Below are positions 49,330 through 58,991 of a DNA stretch of 64,000 nt, in pieces (position 1 is the stretch's first letter; the number at the start of each line of letters is the position of its first letter). Source of the DNA: an uncultured Acidobacteriota bacterium. Lineage in GTDB: Bacteria > Acidobacteriota > UBA6911 > RPQK01 > JAPXNP01. The stretch covers positions 352,001 to 416,000 of the forward strand of contig CAVZRV010000008.1 of the NCBI GenBank assembly GCA_963777605.1, in the 5' to 3' direction. The position numbers were made by a program, and so were the translations under genes. Under the pieces are notes generated by a model that did no database searches, was not told the origin of the DNA, and worked only from the letters and a program-made list of their open reading frames with translations.

Positions 49330-49884
49330 ATGTGGTATATACTAATTGGTTTGGTTGCTTTTCTTAGCGCCGGTGGCCCCGCTCTCGCAGCCGAAGGGCC
49401 GGGTCCGAGAGTTGCCGAGATCAAGAAGGATTCGAGAGTCTTCGAGAAGATCATCACGGAGGTACTCCGCCAGAGTTTCGAGAATCCGTTTGCAGTTGCC
49501 GCTGAGCCGCAGGCTGCATTCGTCCCCGACTACGGGATCGTGGTGTCCTTTTACGTAAAGATCAATCGGGGGACCCTGAAAGGTTTTACTGGAGACGCCC
49601 CGGACACTTCGCTGGGCGGGCCCGAGTCAACCGAAGAGCAGCTGGAACGGGTACGCAACACTGTGCTCAGGTCGCTGGCCGAGTATGCCAGCACATTGAA
49701 GCACTTGTCCGCGAAGGAACGGGTGGCGATCTGTGCTCACGTTGAGGACCGAAATCCACTGGATCCTTCACGAAACAGGACCGACATCGTGGCCAGCTCT
49801 CTGAAGTCGGATATCGATGATTATATGACCCGGAAGATCGACAGTGATGAATTCCGGCGTCGGGTTCAGTATCTGGAGTACTAG
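49330..49884 (+). CDS. Hypothetical exported protein
   Basis: SD GAGG, signal peptide MWYILIGLVAFLSAGGPALA; stop directly abuts the gspE ATG. Confidence 0.7.
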   Translation: MWYILIGLVAFLSAGGPALAAEGPGPRVAEIKKDSRVFEKIITEVLRQSFENPFAVAAEPQAAFVPDYGIVVSFYVKINRGTLKGFTGDAPDTSLGGPESTEEQLERVRNTVLRSLAEYASTLKHLSAKERVAICAHVEDRNPLDPSRNRTDIVASSLKSDIDDYMTRKIDSDEFRRRVQYLEY

Positions 49885-51603
49885 ATGATTCAGCTTGCGG
49901 ATCTTCAAACCAGGAAAAGGTTTGGCGACGTTCTGGTTGAGAAGGGGGTGGTTTCCACGGAAGAGCTCGCCACCGTGCTCAACCTGCGGGATCAGACCCA
50001 CGAACGGGTCGGCAAGCTGCTCGTCGATTTGGGTGCACTTTCGGAAACCGACCTGGCTAAGCATCTCAGTGAGTATCTCAATGTTCCTTTCGTGACCGGA
50101 GACGAACTTCCCTCGGTCCCGGTGATCGAGAATGCGTTTTCGGTCAAGTTCATGAGAGAGTGCCGCTTCGTTCCCATCGCGCGTGAAGGCGAGGAGAGCC
50201 TTGTGCTCGCAATGGCCGACCCCCTGGATCGGTCAACTCTGGATGCGGTGAAACTGTACACGCGGTTCAAGACGCTCGAAGTACGACTCGCACCGGAGAG
50301 CGAGATCATGGATCTGATCGAGAAGTTCTACGGCAACCAGTCGTCGAGCTTTGGCCGGATAGTCGAGGGAATCGGTGAAGACGGCCGGGAGGGGTTCGGA
50401 GAGGAACTGGAGGACATTGAACAGCTCAAGGACCTGGCTTCGGAAGCTCCGGTTATTCGACTCGTCAACCTGATCATCTCCCGCGCCATCGAGTCGCGGG
50501 CATCCGATATTCACATCGAGCCATTTGAGAAGGAACTCAAGGTCCGGTGCCGAATCGATGGTGTGCTCTACGACGTGGAGTCTCCACCGAAGCGGCTCAA
50601 GGCGGCCATCATCTCCCGGGTCAAGATCATGGCCAAGCTCAACATCGCGGAGCGCCGGGTTCCCCAGGATGGCCGGATCAAGATGCGGGTGTTGGGCAGG
50701 GACATCGACCTGCGCGTATCCACTCTTCCGACCATGTACGGGGAGAGCGTGGTTATGCGTATTCTGGACAAGAGCAACACCCAAATTTACGACCTGGAGA
50801 GCCTCGGATTCAGTCCCGGCATGCTGTCCGAAATCGATGAGCAGATCCGCCGTCCACACGGGATCATACTGGTGACGGGTCCGACCGGAAGCGGTAAGAC
50901 GACCACCCTCTATGCGGCGTTGACCAAGATCAACCTTCCCGACAAGAAGATCATCACGATTGAGGACCCGGTTGAGTACCAGATCAACGGCATCAACCAG
51001 ATTCATGTCAATCCCCAGATCGGTCTGACTTTTGCTGCCGGGCTGCGCTCGATCGTCCGCCAGGATCCGGACGTGATCATGGTTGGTGAGATGCGCGACC
51101 TGGAAACGGCCGAGATCGGTATTCGGGCTGCCCTGACCGGGCACCTGGTCTTCTCAACGCTTCACACGAACGACGCTCCCAGCGCCATCGCCCGCCTGGT
51201 CGACATGGGGGCCGAGGACTACCTGATTGCCTCCTCCGTGCTCGGAGTACTGGCCCAGCGGTTGGTTCGGGTCATCTGTCCCGAATGCAAGGAAGCGGTC
51301 GATATGGATCGGGAGTACCTCCAGGAAATTGGCTTTCTCCAGAACTGGGATGGTCAGATCTACGAGGGGAAGGGCTGCAAAGAGTGCAGTAACACCGGTT
51401 TCCTGGGACGAGTCGGGATCTACGAGTTGATGCGGATGAACGATGAAGTCCGGCGGTTGACGATATCGAACGCCGACGCCGGGCAGTTGCGCAAAGCAGC
51501 CGTCAACGGAGGGATGGTGACTCTCCGGCGAGACGGCTTCGAAAAAGTGCGGTTGGGTGTCACAACGATTGCGGAAGTGATGCGCGTGACGCAGGATGTC
51601 TAG
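49885..51603 (+). CDS. gspE: Type II secretion ATPase GspE
   Basis: ASDIHIEP, ERRVPQDGR, GPTGSGKTTT, RQDPDVIMVGEMRD, TGHLVFSTLHTN, CxxC pairs; N-terminal MshEN-like RFGDVLVEKGVV. Confidence 0.93.
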   Translation: MIQLADLQTRKRFGDVLVEKGVVSTEELATVLNLRDQTHERVGKLLVDLGALSETDLAKHLSEYLNVPFVTGDELPSVPVIENAFSVKFMRECRFVPIAREGEESLVLAMADPLDRSTLDAVKLYTRFKTLEVRLAPESEIMDLIEKFYGNQSSSFGRIVEGIGEDGREGFGEELEDIEQLKDLASEAPVIRLVNLIISRAIESRASDIHIEPFEKELKVRCRIDGVLYDVESPPKRLKAAIISRVKIMAKLNIAERRVPQDGRIKMRVLGRDIDLRVSTLPTMYGESVVMRILDKSNTQIYDLESLGFSPGMLSEIDEQIRRPHGIILVTGPTGSGKTTTLYAALTKINLPDKKIITIEDPVEYQINGINQIHVNPQIGLTFAAGLRSIVRQDPDVIMVGEMRDLETAEIGIRAALTGHLVFSTLHTNDAPSAIARLVDMGAEDYLIASSVLGVLAQRLVRVICPECKEAVDMDREYLQEIGFLQNWDGQIYEGKGCKECSNTGFLGRVGIYELMRMNDEVRRLTISNADAGQLRKAAVNGGMVTLRRDGFEKVRLGVTTIAEVMRVTQDV

Positions 51604-51705
51604 CCTGAGACCGCCAGTATTTCGAGCGAGCGGAACTTCGAAGCCTTGGGATTCGGGTTGAGACTTTACAGGCGAGCTCGGATCTACCTGTTAGGGATTA
51701 TTTGA

Positions 51706-52926
51706 ATGCCATTCTTCCAGTACAAAGTCGTAACGGCTGACGGGCGGATTGCCGAAGGCACCCTTGAGGCGGCGGACCGCAAGATAGCTCTTGCCCGTCT
51801 CGAGGAACAGGGCCAGTTGCCGATAAAGGTGTTCTCGCCAGACGAAGAGGGCATCTTTGGCTCGGAACTGCAGCTCCCCTGGAAGCGGAAGCGGGTGCCG
51901 CGCAATGATCTCCTGATCTTTACTCAGGAATTGGCGGCGCTCCTGCGCGCCGGGCTTCCCCTCGACCGCAGCCTGACCATCCTCGGCGACCTGACCGAGA
52001 ACCAGTACCTGAAGGAGATCGGCAACGAACTCTTGCGCGAGATCAAGGGAGGCAAGTCTCTCTCGGAGGGCTTGGCGATGTACCCCCGGGTGTTTCCCAA
52101 GCTCTACGTGAGCATGATTCGTGCCGGGGAGATCAGCGGCACGCTCGAACAGATCCTTGCCCGGGTTGCCGAGTACCTCGAGGAGGCGGAAGAACTCAAA
52201 GGCTATTTTGTCTCTTCTTTGATCTACCCGGCGATCCTGGGCCTGGTCGGCAGTGGTTCGATCATTATTATGGTGACCTTCGTGATCCCGAAGTTCGCCG
52301 CCATCTTTGAAAACGCCGGGGCGCCGATCCCGCTTCCAATGCAGATCCTGTTGACCATCAGCGGCGTGTTGACCGGCTACTGGTGGCTGATTCTCCTGAC
52401 GCTTGGCGGACTCGGGTACCTGTGGCGACGGAACATGGCCACCGAAGAGGGCCGCCTGAACTGGGATCGCAGAGTGCTGCGCATCCCCTTGCTCGGGAGC
52501 CTGCTGCAGCGGCTTGAAGTGAGTCGCTTCTCGAGAACCCTGGGGACGCTTCTGCAAAGTGCGGTGCCCCTGATCCAGTCGATCGGGATCGTCCGCGACG
52601 TTGTCAGCAGCAAGGTTATATCGACGGCGATGGACGGTGTTATCGCGGGTGTCAAGAAAGGCGACGGACTGGCAACGCCCGTGAAGCAGGCCAAGATCTT
52701 CCCGGCCTTTGCGGTTCACCTGCTGGAAGTGGGTGAGGAGACCGGCCGGCTCGACGAGATGCTTCTTCAAATAGCCGATACCTACGACCGCGAGCTGAGG
52801 ACCTCGATCAAGCGCTTGGTTGCCCTTTTCGAGCCGCTCATGATCTTGTTCATGGGGCTCGTGATCGGGTTGATGGTTGTCTCGATGCTGTACTCGATCT
52901 TCAGCATCAACGATGTCCCGCTGTGA
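51706..52926 (+). CDS. gspF: Type II secretion inner-membrane platform protein GspF
   Basis: LLRAGLPL, AGEISGTL, YPAI, GEETGRLDEML, EPLMI. Confidence 0.93.
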   Translation: MPFFQYKVVTADGRIAEGTLEAADRKIALARLEEQGQLPIKVFSPDEEGIFGSELQLPWKRKRVPRNDLLIFTQELAALLRAGLPLDRSLTILGDLTENQYLKEIGNELLREIKGGKSLSEGLAMYPRVFPKLYVSMIRAGEISGTLEQILARVAEYLEEAEELKGYFVSSLIYPAILGLVGSGSIIIMVTFVIPKFAAIFENAGAPIPLPMQILLTISGVLTGYWWLILLTLGGLGYLWRRNMATEEGRLNWDRRVLRIPLLGSLLQRLEVSRFSRTLGTLLQSAVPLIQSIGIVRDVVSSKVISTAMDGVIAGVKKGDGLATPVKQAKIFPAFAVHLLEVGEETGRLDEMLLQIADTYDRELRTSIKRLVALFEPLMILFMGLVIGLMVVSMLYSIFSINDVPL

Positions 52927-52958
52927 CGCTCCGTCCGGGTAGCGATGCTGAATAACCT

Positions 52959-53405
52959 ATGATGAAGGAAGTGAATATGTACAAGAAGGAAGGAAGAACT
53001 GGCGGAAGTCGCGGTTTTTCGCTGATCGAGCTTATTGTCGTGCTCGTGATCCTGGGGCTCCTGGCTACAGTGGTCGGCCCCAAGGTTATGGACAAGCTCA
53101 GCAAGGGGAAGGCGGAGATCGCCAAACTCCAGCTGCACGATCTCGAAGGGGCGGTGGGCCTCTTCCGCTTCGACGTGGGGCGCTATCCCAACACCGCGGA
53201 AGGGTTGACCGCACTGATCCAGAATCCGGGTATCGACAACTGGTCCGGTCCCTACCTGAGCAAGAACACCCTCCCCAAGGATCCCTGGGGACGGGATTAT
53301 CAGTATCGGAGTCCCGGACTGCACGGAGACTACGACCTGTACTCTCTTGGTGCCGACGGGGTCGAGGGAGGAGAGGATGACAGCGCAGACGTCACCTCGT
53401 GGTGA
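52959..53405 (+). CDS. gspG: Major pseudopilin GspG
   Basis: GFSLIELIVV, GRYPNTAEGLTAL, WSGPYL, DPWGRDYQY, LYSLGADG; likely start ATG 52977. Confidence 0.95.
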   Translation: MMKEVNMYKKEGRTGGSRGFSLIELIVVLVILGLLATVVGPKVMDKLSKGKAEIAKLQLHDLEGAVGLFRFDVGRYPNTAEGLTALIQNPGIDNWSGPYLSKNTLPKDPWGRDYQYRSPGLHGDYDLYSLGADGVEGGEDDSADVTSW

Positions 53406-53862
53406 GTCGGCCGGGTTCTCGCTCCTCGAAGTAATCATTGTCGTGGTGCTGCTCGGGGCGGTGGCCATGGTGGTCATGCCCGCATTCGTGGGCGGGCTGA
53501 GCAGTCTGGAATTGCAGACCGCAACCAGAGACCTGATTACCAACATGAGAAAGGCTCGTTCGTCCGCGGTCTCGGAACAGACCGTCCACCGCGTGATCCT
53601 GCTGGCCCCGGAGGTCCCTGATGAGCCGTTTTCCTACGTTCTTACCAACGAGTTCGAGCAACCGCTGCTGAGATTCGAACTGCCCAGAGGGATCTCTTTC
53701 GTGGATGCGGAAGTCCTGCCGGTTGTGCTGAGCTTCTATCCCAACGGGCGCAGCTCCGGAGGGTTAATCGGCCTCTCGAGCCAGAAAGGGAAACAGATGT
53801 TCATCCAGCTGAACCCGGTCACCGGACTGGGCAAAGTACAGAAAACGGAAGTACCGAGTTGA
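53377..53862 (+). CDS. gspH: Minor pseudopilin GspH
   Basis: GFSLLEVIIV, FYPNGRSSGG; position after gspG. Confidence 0.82.
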   Translation: MTAQTSPRGESAGFSLLEVIIVVVLLGAVAMVVMPAFVGGLSSLELQTATRDLITNMRKARSSAVSEQTVHRVILLAPEVPDEPFSYVLTNEFEQPLLRFELPRGISFVDAEVLPVVLSFYPNGRSSGGLIGLSSQKGKQMFIQLNPVTGLGKVQKTEVPS

Positions 53863-54317
53863 AGCAACGCGGCTTCACCCTGCTGGAAGTGATCGTGGCG
53901 ACCGCCATCCTGGCGATGGGGGTCGGAGTGGCGATGCAGATCTTCAGCGGGGGGATGAACAACCTCCGGCGGATCGACCTGGCTCACCGGGCGATGGATC
54001 ACGCCGAGAACGTGATGGGCGAGATTCTGAGTGATGAGATGATTACCGGCCCCCTGGAGGTTTCCGGGGACCTGGACGAAAACTTCAGCTACTCGGCCAC
54101 GGTGGACTACTGGGATCCCCCGTCCCCTCCTGGTTTGCAGCTCGACATCGTTCAGCCCCGGTTCCAAATCCTGAGCGTCGTGGTGGACATTCACTTCAAG
54201 CATGACCGGTTTGGCAAGAAGTATCGGGCCGTGTGCCTGAAGACAATCTCGCTGACTCCCCAGGGGCCCGGCGGACCAATGGCCAATCCGATTCAGCAGC
54301 TGTTTGGTGGGTCATGA
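53859..54317 (+). CDS. gspI: Minor pseudopilin GspI
   Basis: RGFTLLEVIVATAIL; gene order. Confidence 0.8.
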   Translation: MKQRGFTLLEVIVATAILAMGVGVAMQIFSGGMNNLRRIDLAHRAMDHAENVMGEILSDEMITGPLEVSGDLDENFSYSATVDYWDPPSPPGLQLDIVQPRFQILSVVVDIHFKHDRFGKKYRAVCLKTISLTPQGPGGPMANPIQQLFGGS

Positions 54318-55057
54318 GATACCGTTTCGACCGTACCGGGAGTGATTCCGGATTTACGCTGCTGGAGGTGATGGTCGCCTTCACGATTCTGGCCTTGGTC
54401 GCCGGGATGGTGTTCACGTCGCTGCAGACGGCTTTGAATTACTACGAGAAGAGCCAAGACCGGATCGAAGAGCAGGCCACACGGCGAGTTCTCTTTGAGC
54501 AGATTCGACGCCAGGTGGGTTCGCTTTTCCCGGTTCGACCCACGGCGGGATTCGTAGCGGCACTCGATCCGACGATGGGAGCAGCCGATCCTGCAACCCA
54601 GTTCACCGCGGGCCAGGTTCCGCTGTTTCATGGCGAACAGGATTTTATGACGTTTGTGACGGTTGCCCCCCTGGTCCTTCTCGAGAATCCCGGGCTCACC
54701 GTGGTTCGATACGGACTGGCGCAGGATGAAGGGGGCGGCTTCTACCTCGGCGCGATGGAGAACCGTTACACGGGGGAGGCCAGTTTTGGCGTGATGGTGA
54801 CTGCTCCGGTTGGGAAGCCGCTGGCGTTGGTGGAGAACGTCAAGTATCTGGAGTTTCAGTATTACGGTCTGGATCCCGGGACTTCGAGTTACGGCTGGTT
54901 CAGTTCCTGGCATGGGGATGAAACGGGTGCCGTCCCTGAGGCAATTCGAATCAATTACAATTCCAACTATGTTCTGGTTCCGGTCAATGCCAGTTTCCTC
55001 GAGGGGAACGGTGCCGGGATGCTGAGGCGAGCCATTTCAGGAGTCCTGGGTGAGTAA
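54314..55057 (+). CDS. gspJ: Minor pseudopilin GspJ
   Basis: GFTLLEVMVAFTIL, LEFQYY...W...W...PEAIRI. Confidence 0.8.
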   Translation: MRYRFDRTGSDSGFTLLEVMVAFTILALVAGMVFTSLQTALNYYEKSQDRIEEQATRRVLFEQIRRQVGSLFPVRPTAGFVAALDPTMGAADPATQFTAGQVPLFHGEQDFMTFVTVAPLVLLENPGLTVVRYGLAQDEGGGFYLGAMENRYTGEASFGVMVTAPVGKPLALVENVKYLEFQYYGLDPGTSSYGWFSSWHGDETGAVPEAIRINYNSNYVLVPVNASFLEGNGAGMLRRAISGVLGE

Positions 55058-56108
55058 AGAAAGACTTTCATTTCAGGCGCCGCTCGTCTTTTCGAAGAGG
55101 ACTGCATCCCAAGTAGATGTTGTGAGCAACGAGCGCGGGGCGATATTGATTGTAGTGCTTTGGATCGTGCTGGCGATCAGCCTGCTCGCCCTCTCCTTCT
55201 CGGCGACGATCCGGACCGAAGTGGATGCCGCCCGCAACGTGGTTGAACAGAAACAGTCCTATTACATGGCCCGGGCGGGGATCGAGTACTCGATTTACGA
55301 ACTCATGGAGACGCAGAATGCTTTTTACCAGGCTCAACAGCAGCAGCAATTGGGCCCCGAGGCGATTCCCGACGTGCTCCGGGGGGGAGTCTCCCTGAAT
55401 CTGACGGGCGGTGGAGCCGACGTTCAGATCATCGACGAATCGGGCAAGATCAACGTCAACCTGGCGCCGCCTCACCTGATCTACAATCTCCTCGTCATGA
55501 TCGGAGTGCCGGGTGACCGGGCCGACGTGATCACCGATTCGATCGGCGACTGGGTTGACCCCGATGACCTCTACCGTGAGTTCGGTGCCGAATCGGACTA
55601 CTACATGAGTCTCAATCCGCCGTATCGGGCCAAGAACGGGTTTATGGACGTTCCCGAGGAGTTACTCCTTGTTAACGGGGTCACGCCCGAGATCTACTAC
55701 GGGCGAAAAACAGTTTCCGACTCGGGAGATCCGATCGAACTGTACGGGCTTCAGAATTTCCTGACGACGTTTTCCAATGCCACCAGCATCAACATCAACT
55801 CGGCCCCGATCCCGGTTCTGGCTTCATTGCCCGGTCTCAACTATGACGTGGCCATGGCGATCGACCAGATGCGGAGGCAACAGCCACTGACCGACCCTGC
55901 CGAGATTGCTGAACAGATCCCGGGGATTAGTGGGGAGGCGCTGGGGATGCTTGCGGTGGTGCGGACCAACGTCTACACGCTGAACAGTGTTGGACGGTTG
56001 GACAATTCGAAAGTTGTGGCGAGGATTCGAGCCGTCGTTCGTGCCGACGGAATCGGCCCGAAAGGGTACACTGTACTTTACTGGAATGAGTCGAATACTG
56101 AGCTTTAG
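55050..56108 (+). CDS. gspK: Minor pseudopilin GspK
   Basis: RGAILIVVLW, DESGKININ-like DESGKINVN, DWVDPD, EELLLVNG, ININSAP. Confidence 0.88.
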   Translation: MSKERLSFQAPLVFSKRTASQVDVVSNERGAILIVVLWIVLAISLLALSFSATIRTEVDAARNVVEQKQSYYMARAGIEYSIYELMETQNAFYQAQQQQQLGPEAIPDVLRGGVSLNLTGGGADVQIIDESGKINVNLAPPHLIYNLLVMIGVPGDRADVITDSIGDWVDPDDLYREFGAESDYYMSLNPPYRAKNGFMDVPEELLLVNGVTPEIYYGRKTVSDSGDPIELYGLQNFLTTFSNATSININSAPIPVLASLPGLNYDVAMAIDQMRRQQPLTDPAEIAEQIPGISGEALGMLAVVRTNVYTLNSVGRLDNSKVVARIRAVVRADGIGPKGYTVLYWNESNTEL

Positions 56109-56125
56109 AAAGTCTTCGAGCCGAT

Positions 56126-57517
56126 ATGTTTAGCTTGGATTCAGCATTGGGTATCGAGATCCGGGAGGACTGCCTGATTCTGGCTTCTGTCCAGAAGGGT
56201 TTCCAGGAACTCCGTCTGCGCTCTCATCTTGTCGTCGAGGGCTTTCGAGCACTCCCGGTTCCCGAACTGGCTTCTCGGATTCACGAGTTTGCACGTTCTA
56301 ACGGGTTCAGCCGTGAGAACATCGTTGTGGGTGTCCCCCGAGACTGGGTGGTTTTTCGGGAAATCGAGCTGCCGATTGAGGTTGAAGAGAATCTCGACGG
56401 TGTTGTCCGGGCCCAGGTCGAGAAGTTCGAGCCGGTTGAAGAAGAGCATTCTTATTTCGATTACCAGGTTCGGGAACGGGACGAGGCACAGCGGAGGATC
56501 TCCCTCGAGGTCCTGATGGCCCGCCGCGAGGCCGTGGACGAGATTCTTGACCTGCTGCGGGAGCTTGACCTTTACCCTGCGGTGGTTACGGTGAGCAGTA
56601 TCGGCCTTCAGTCCGTACTGTCAGTCCACGAGGACGGGATCTCGAAGAAAGCCGGTGTCCTCATCCTGAGGCTCGAACCGGGCCGGGCCGAACTGGTGGC
56701 TCATGCACCGGGGGCTGCTCACTTCTCGGAGGTGCTCGACTTCGATGTGGAGGACCCCGAACCGGAGGTCGTTCTGCAGCGGGTGGCAGAGACGCTTTCG
56801 GCCGAAGTTGACCGATTTCCGTCCTTTTCGAAGCTCTATCTGACCGGCGCGCTGGCGGCTTCCCGCATCGACCAGTACTCCGCCCATCTGGCGGACACGG
56901 AACTGCTCAATAAGGGACTGGGGATCCGGCACAAGGCCCTGGCTGCTTCCGTTTTGACTAACTTGGCTCCGGCGATTGGGCTGGCTGTGGCCGGGTTGGA
57001 ACGAAGGCGGCGATTGGCCAACCTGATTCCGCCGGACAAGCGGGTCGTCAGAACCCACGCGAGTTTGGTGGCGACATACATCCTGGGGATTCTCCTGGTC
57101 CTATCACTGGGCGCGCTGCTGACCCGAGGCTTTCTCCAGCAGTCGGCCCTGGCGGATCAGGTTGACTCGGTGATTGCCGATATGAATCCCGAGGTTGAGC
57201 AGATTTTCCGGATCAGGGATGAGGTTGAGAAGAAGAAACAGGAACTGACCGAGTTGAAGTCCCTGATGGGAGTGCGGCAGGAGACATTGCTCGTGCTCAG
57301 GGACTTGACGGACCGGATCCCCGACGATACTTATCTCCAGAACTTACAGATTCAGGGAGACCAGTTGACGATGCAGGGGTACTCGGTGCAGGCGTCCGCG
57401 CTGCTTTCGGTGCTCTCCGAGTCTCCTTACCTGGAAAGTGTCAAGACGAACTGGATAACCCAGGATCCCAGGGTCAGCGGTAAAGAGCGGTTCAATTTTA
57501 CGGCCAAGGTCAAATGA
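56126..57517 (+). CDS. gspL: GspL / PilM-PilN-like assembly protein
   Basis: Actin-like cytoplasmic domain, NLIP motif, TM helix, PilN-like IPDDTYL..L...G.S..A tail. Confidence 0.7.
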   Translation: MFSLDSALGIEIREDCLILASVQKGFQELRLRSHLVVEGFRALPVPELASRIHEFARSNGFSRENIVVGVPRDWVVFREIELPIEVEENLDGVVRAQVEKFEPVEEEHSYFDYQVRERDEAQRRISLEVLMARREAVDEILDLLRELDLYPAVVTVSSIGLQSVLSVHEDGISKKAGVLILRLEPGRAELVAHAPGAAHFSEVLDFDVEDPEPEVVLQRVAETLSAEVDRFPSFSKLYLTGALAASRIDQYSAHLADTELLNKGLGIRHKALAASVLTNLAPAIGLAVAGLERRRRLANLIPPDKRVVRTHASLVATYILGILLVLSLGALLTRGFLQQSALADQVDSVIADMNPEVEQIFRIRDEVEKKKQELTELKSLMGVRQETLLVLRDLTDRIPDDTYLQNLQIQGDQLTMQGYSVQASALLSVLSESPYLESVKTNWITQDPRVSGKERFNFTAKVK

Positions 57518-58101
57518 AGATATCCAAGAGAGATCGAAAGACCCTGATGCTGGGGGGCGGGGCTGCGGTGGTCATTCTGATCGTGGTTTACCTCATCCTG
57601 CCGGCCTACGATTCGATGGGGCAGGTTGCGGGTGACCTCGACCAGAAAGAGCGGATGCTCTCCCAGACCGTCAAGGCGCTCGGGAGTCGTGGCCTCTACG
57701 AAGAAGAGAACCAGATCCTGGACGAGGAACTTGGGCGGCTGAGGTCGCAGCTTCTTGACAGTTCAGACCCCGCGATAGCCCAGAACCAGCTCGAAAACAT
57801 CGTGCGCTCGATTGCCGAGCAGCATCAGGTCGTGATCTCGAGGAGCACTCCGCTGCAGGAAAAGAAGACCGGTGAGAAGTACTCCAAGGTGACGGTACAG
57901 ATCAATCTTCAGATCGATCGCCAAAACGGGATGTCTGACCTGGCGAGCTTTATGCATGCCATCTCGACTCACGCCAAGTTCTTGACCGTAGAAGAGTTCT
58001 ATGTCAATGGATTCAAAGTGCGTGACGAGATTCGTTTGCAGCCTCGTATGAACATTTCCGGGTTTATCCAACTCAACCCGGCAGAGAATCAGGAAAGCTA
58101 G
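57514..58101 (+). CDS. gspM: GspM / PilO-like protein
   Basis: SKRDR + TM helix + coiled coil; gene order. Confidence 0.7.
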   Translation: MKISKRDRKTLMLGGGAAVVILIVVYLILPAYDSMGQVAGDLDQKERMLSQTVKALGSRGLYEEENQILDEELGRLRSQLLDSSDPAIAQNQLENIVRSIAEQHQVVISRSTPLQEKKTGEKYSKVTVQINLQIDRQNGMSDLASFMHAISTHAKFLTVEEFYVNGFKVRDEIRLQPRMNISGFIQLNPAENQES

Positions 58102-58935
58102 ATGGCTCAACGTGTTCTCTTACTCAACCTGGTGTTGGTGATCGCCCTGGGGGCGGCCTGCTACGAACTCGTCACGGGTTGGCAGGACTACCAGTCGGAA
58201 CAAAACCTGGGTGAGATCGTGGCTCGAAGCAGTGGCGACATGGAGCAGCCCGAACTCGATGCCGCAGAGCTGAGCGGACAGACGGCACTGGTGCACGATT
58301 TCTTTGTGATCGGAGATCGCGATCTTTTCAGCCCCGACCGGAGACCGGCGGCAGAGGACCAGGTGGCCAACGCGGAGCCGACTCCGCCGGAATTTCCAAA
58401 GAGGCCGGAAATGCAGGGCGCTTCGGAGATCGATGGTCAGACCAAGGCTCTCCTGACGCTCTTCGATACTCCAAAGTCCCAGGGCGAGTCGAAGCTGGTC
58501 TCCTTGGGCGACGCGGTTCAGGGTTACGTGGTCTCCGAGATCACCGACACGACGGTGACTCTCAAGTGGAACGACTACACCGAACTCATTGACATGTTCG
58601 ACACCGAAGGGACTCCGAAGCCCCCGACCTCAAAGGGGGGCAAACGAGTGGCGGCCGTCAACATTGTCCGAATTGGCAGTCAGTACGCAGCCGTTGAGAC
58701 GACCGGCCCGGATTCTGGTGAGGGAGAGGGAGCCAAACCTACAACCCAGCCCGGAGCCATCGGTGGGGCCGCTGTCGCGGGAGCGAGGGGCGCCTTGCCG
58801 AACCGAAGAGGGTTTGCCGGGCGTGGATCTGCTGCGAGTCCGTTGCGGCAGGCCAACCGGCCGCAGGGTGGGAGCGGGGTCGTAGGTGTCCCGGGCTCCG
58901 CGGTGATTGCTCAGCCTCAACCGCAGCCGCAGTAA
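58102..58935 (+). CDS. GspC/PilP-like accessory protein with low-complexity tail
   Basis: N-terminal TM, RDLFSPDRRP, LGDAVQGYVVSEITDTTVTL; lies just before the secretin. Confidence 0.55.
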   Translation: MAQRVLLLNLVLVIALGAACYELVTGWQDYQSEQNLGEIVARSSGDMEQPELDAAELSGQTALVHDFFVIGDRDLFSPDRRPAAEDQVANAEPTPPEFPKRPEMQGASEIDGQTKALLTLFDTPKSQGESKLVSLGDAVQGYVVSEITDTTVTLKWNDYTELIDMFDTEGTPKPPTSKGGKRVAAVNIVRIGSQYAAVETTGPDSGEGEGAKPTTQPGAIGGAAVAGARGALPNRRGFAGRGSAASPLRQANRPQGGSGVVGVPGSAVIAQPQPQPQ

Positions 58936-58991
58936 AGAATACAGTCTGAAGAATATTGACGATTAGACCCAGGAACGTAAGGGAATAAAGA

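Noticed and set aside
49885-58935. Type IV pilus rather than T2SS
   Set aside because: Canonical GspG (GRYP, DPWG) and GspK are present and there is no PilT, so T2SS is the better call.
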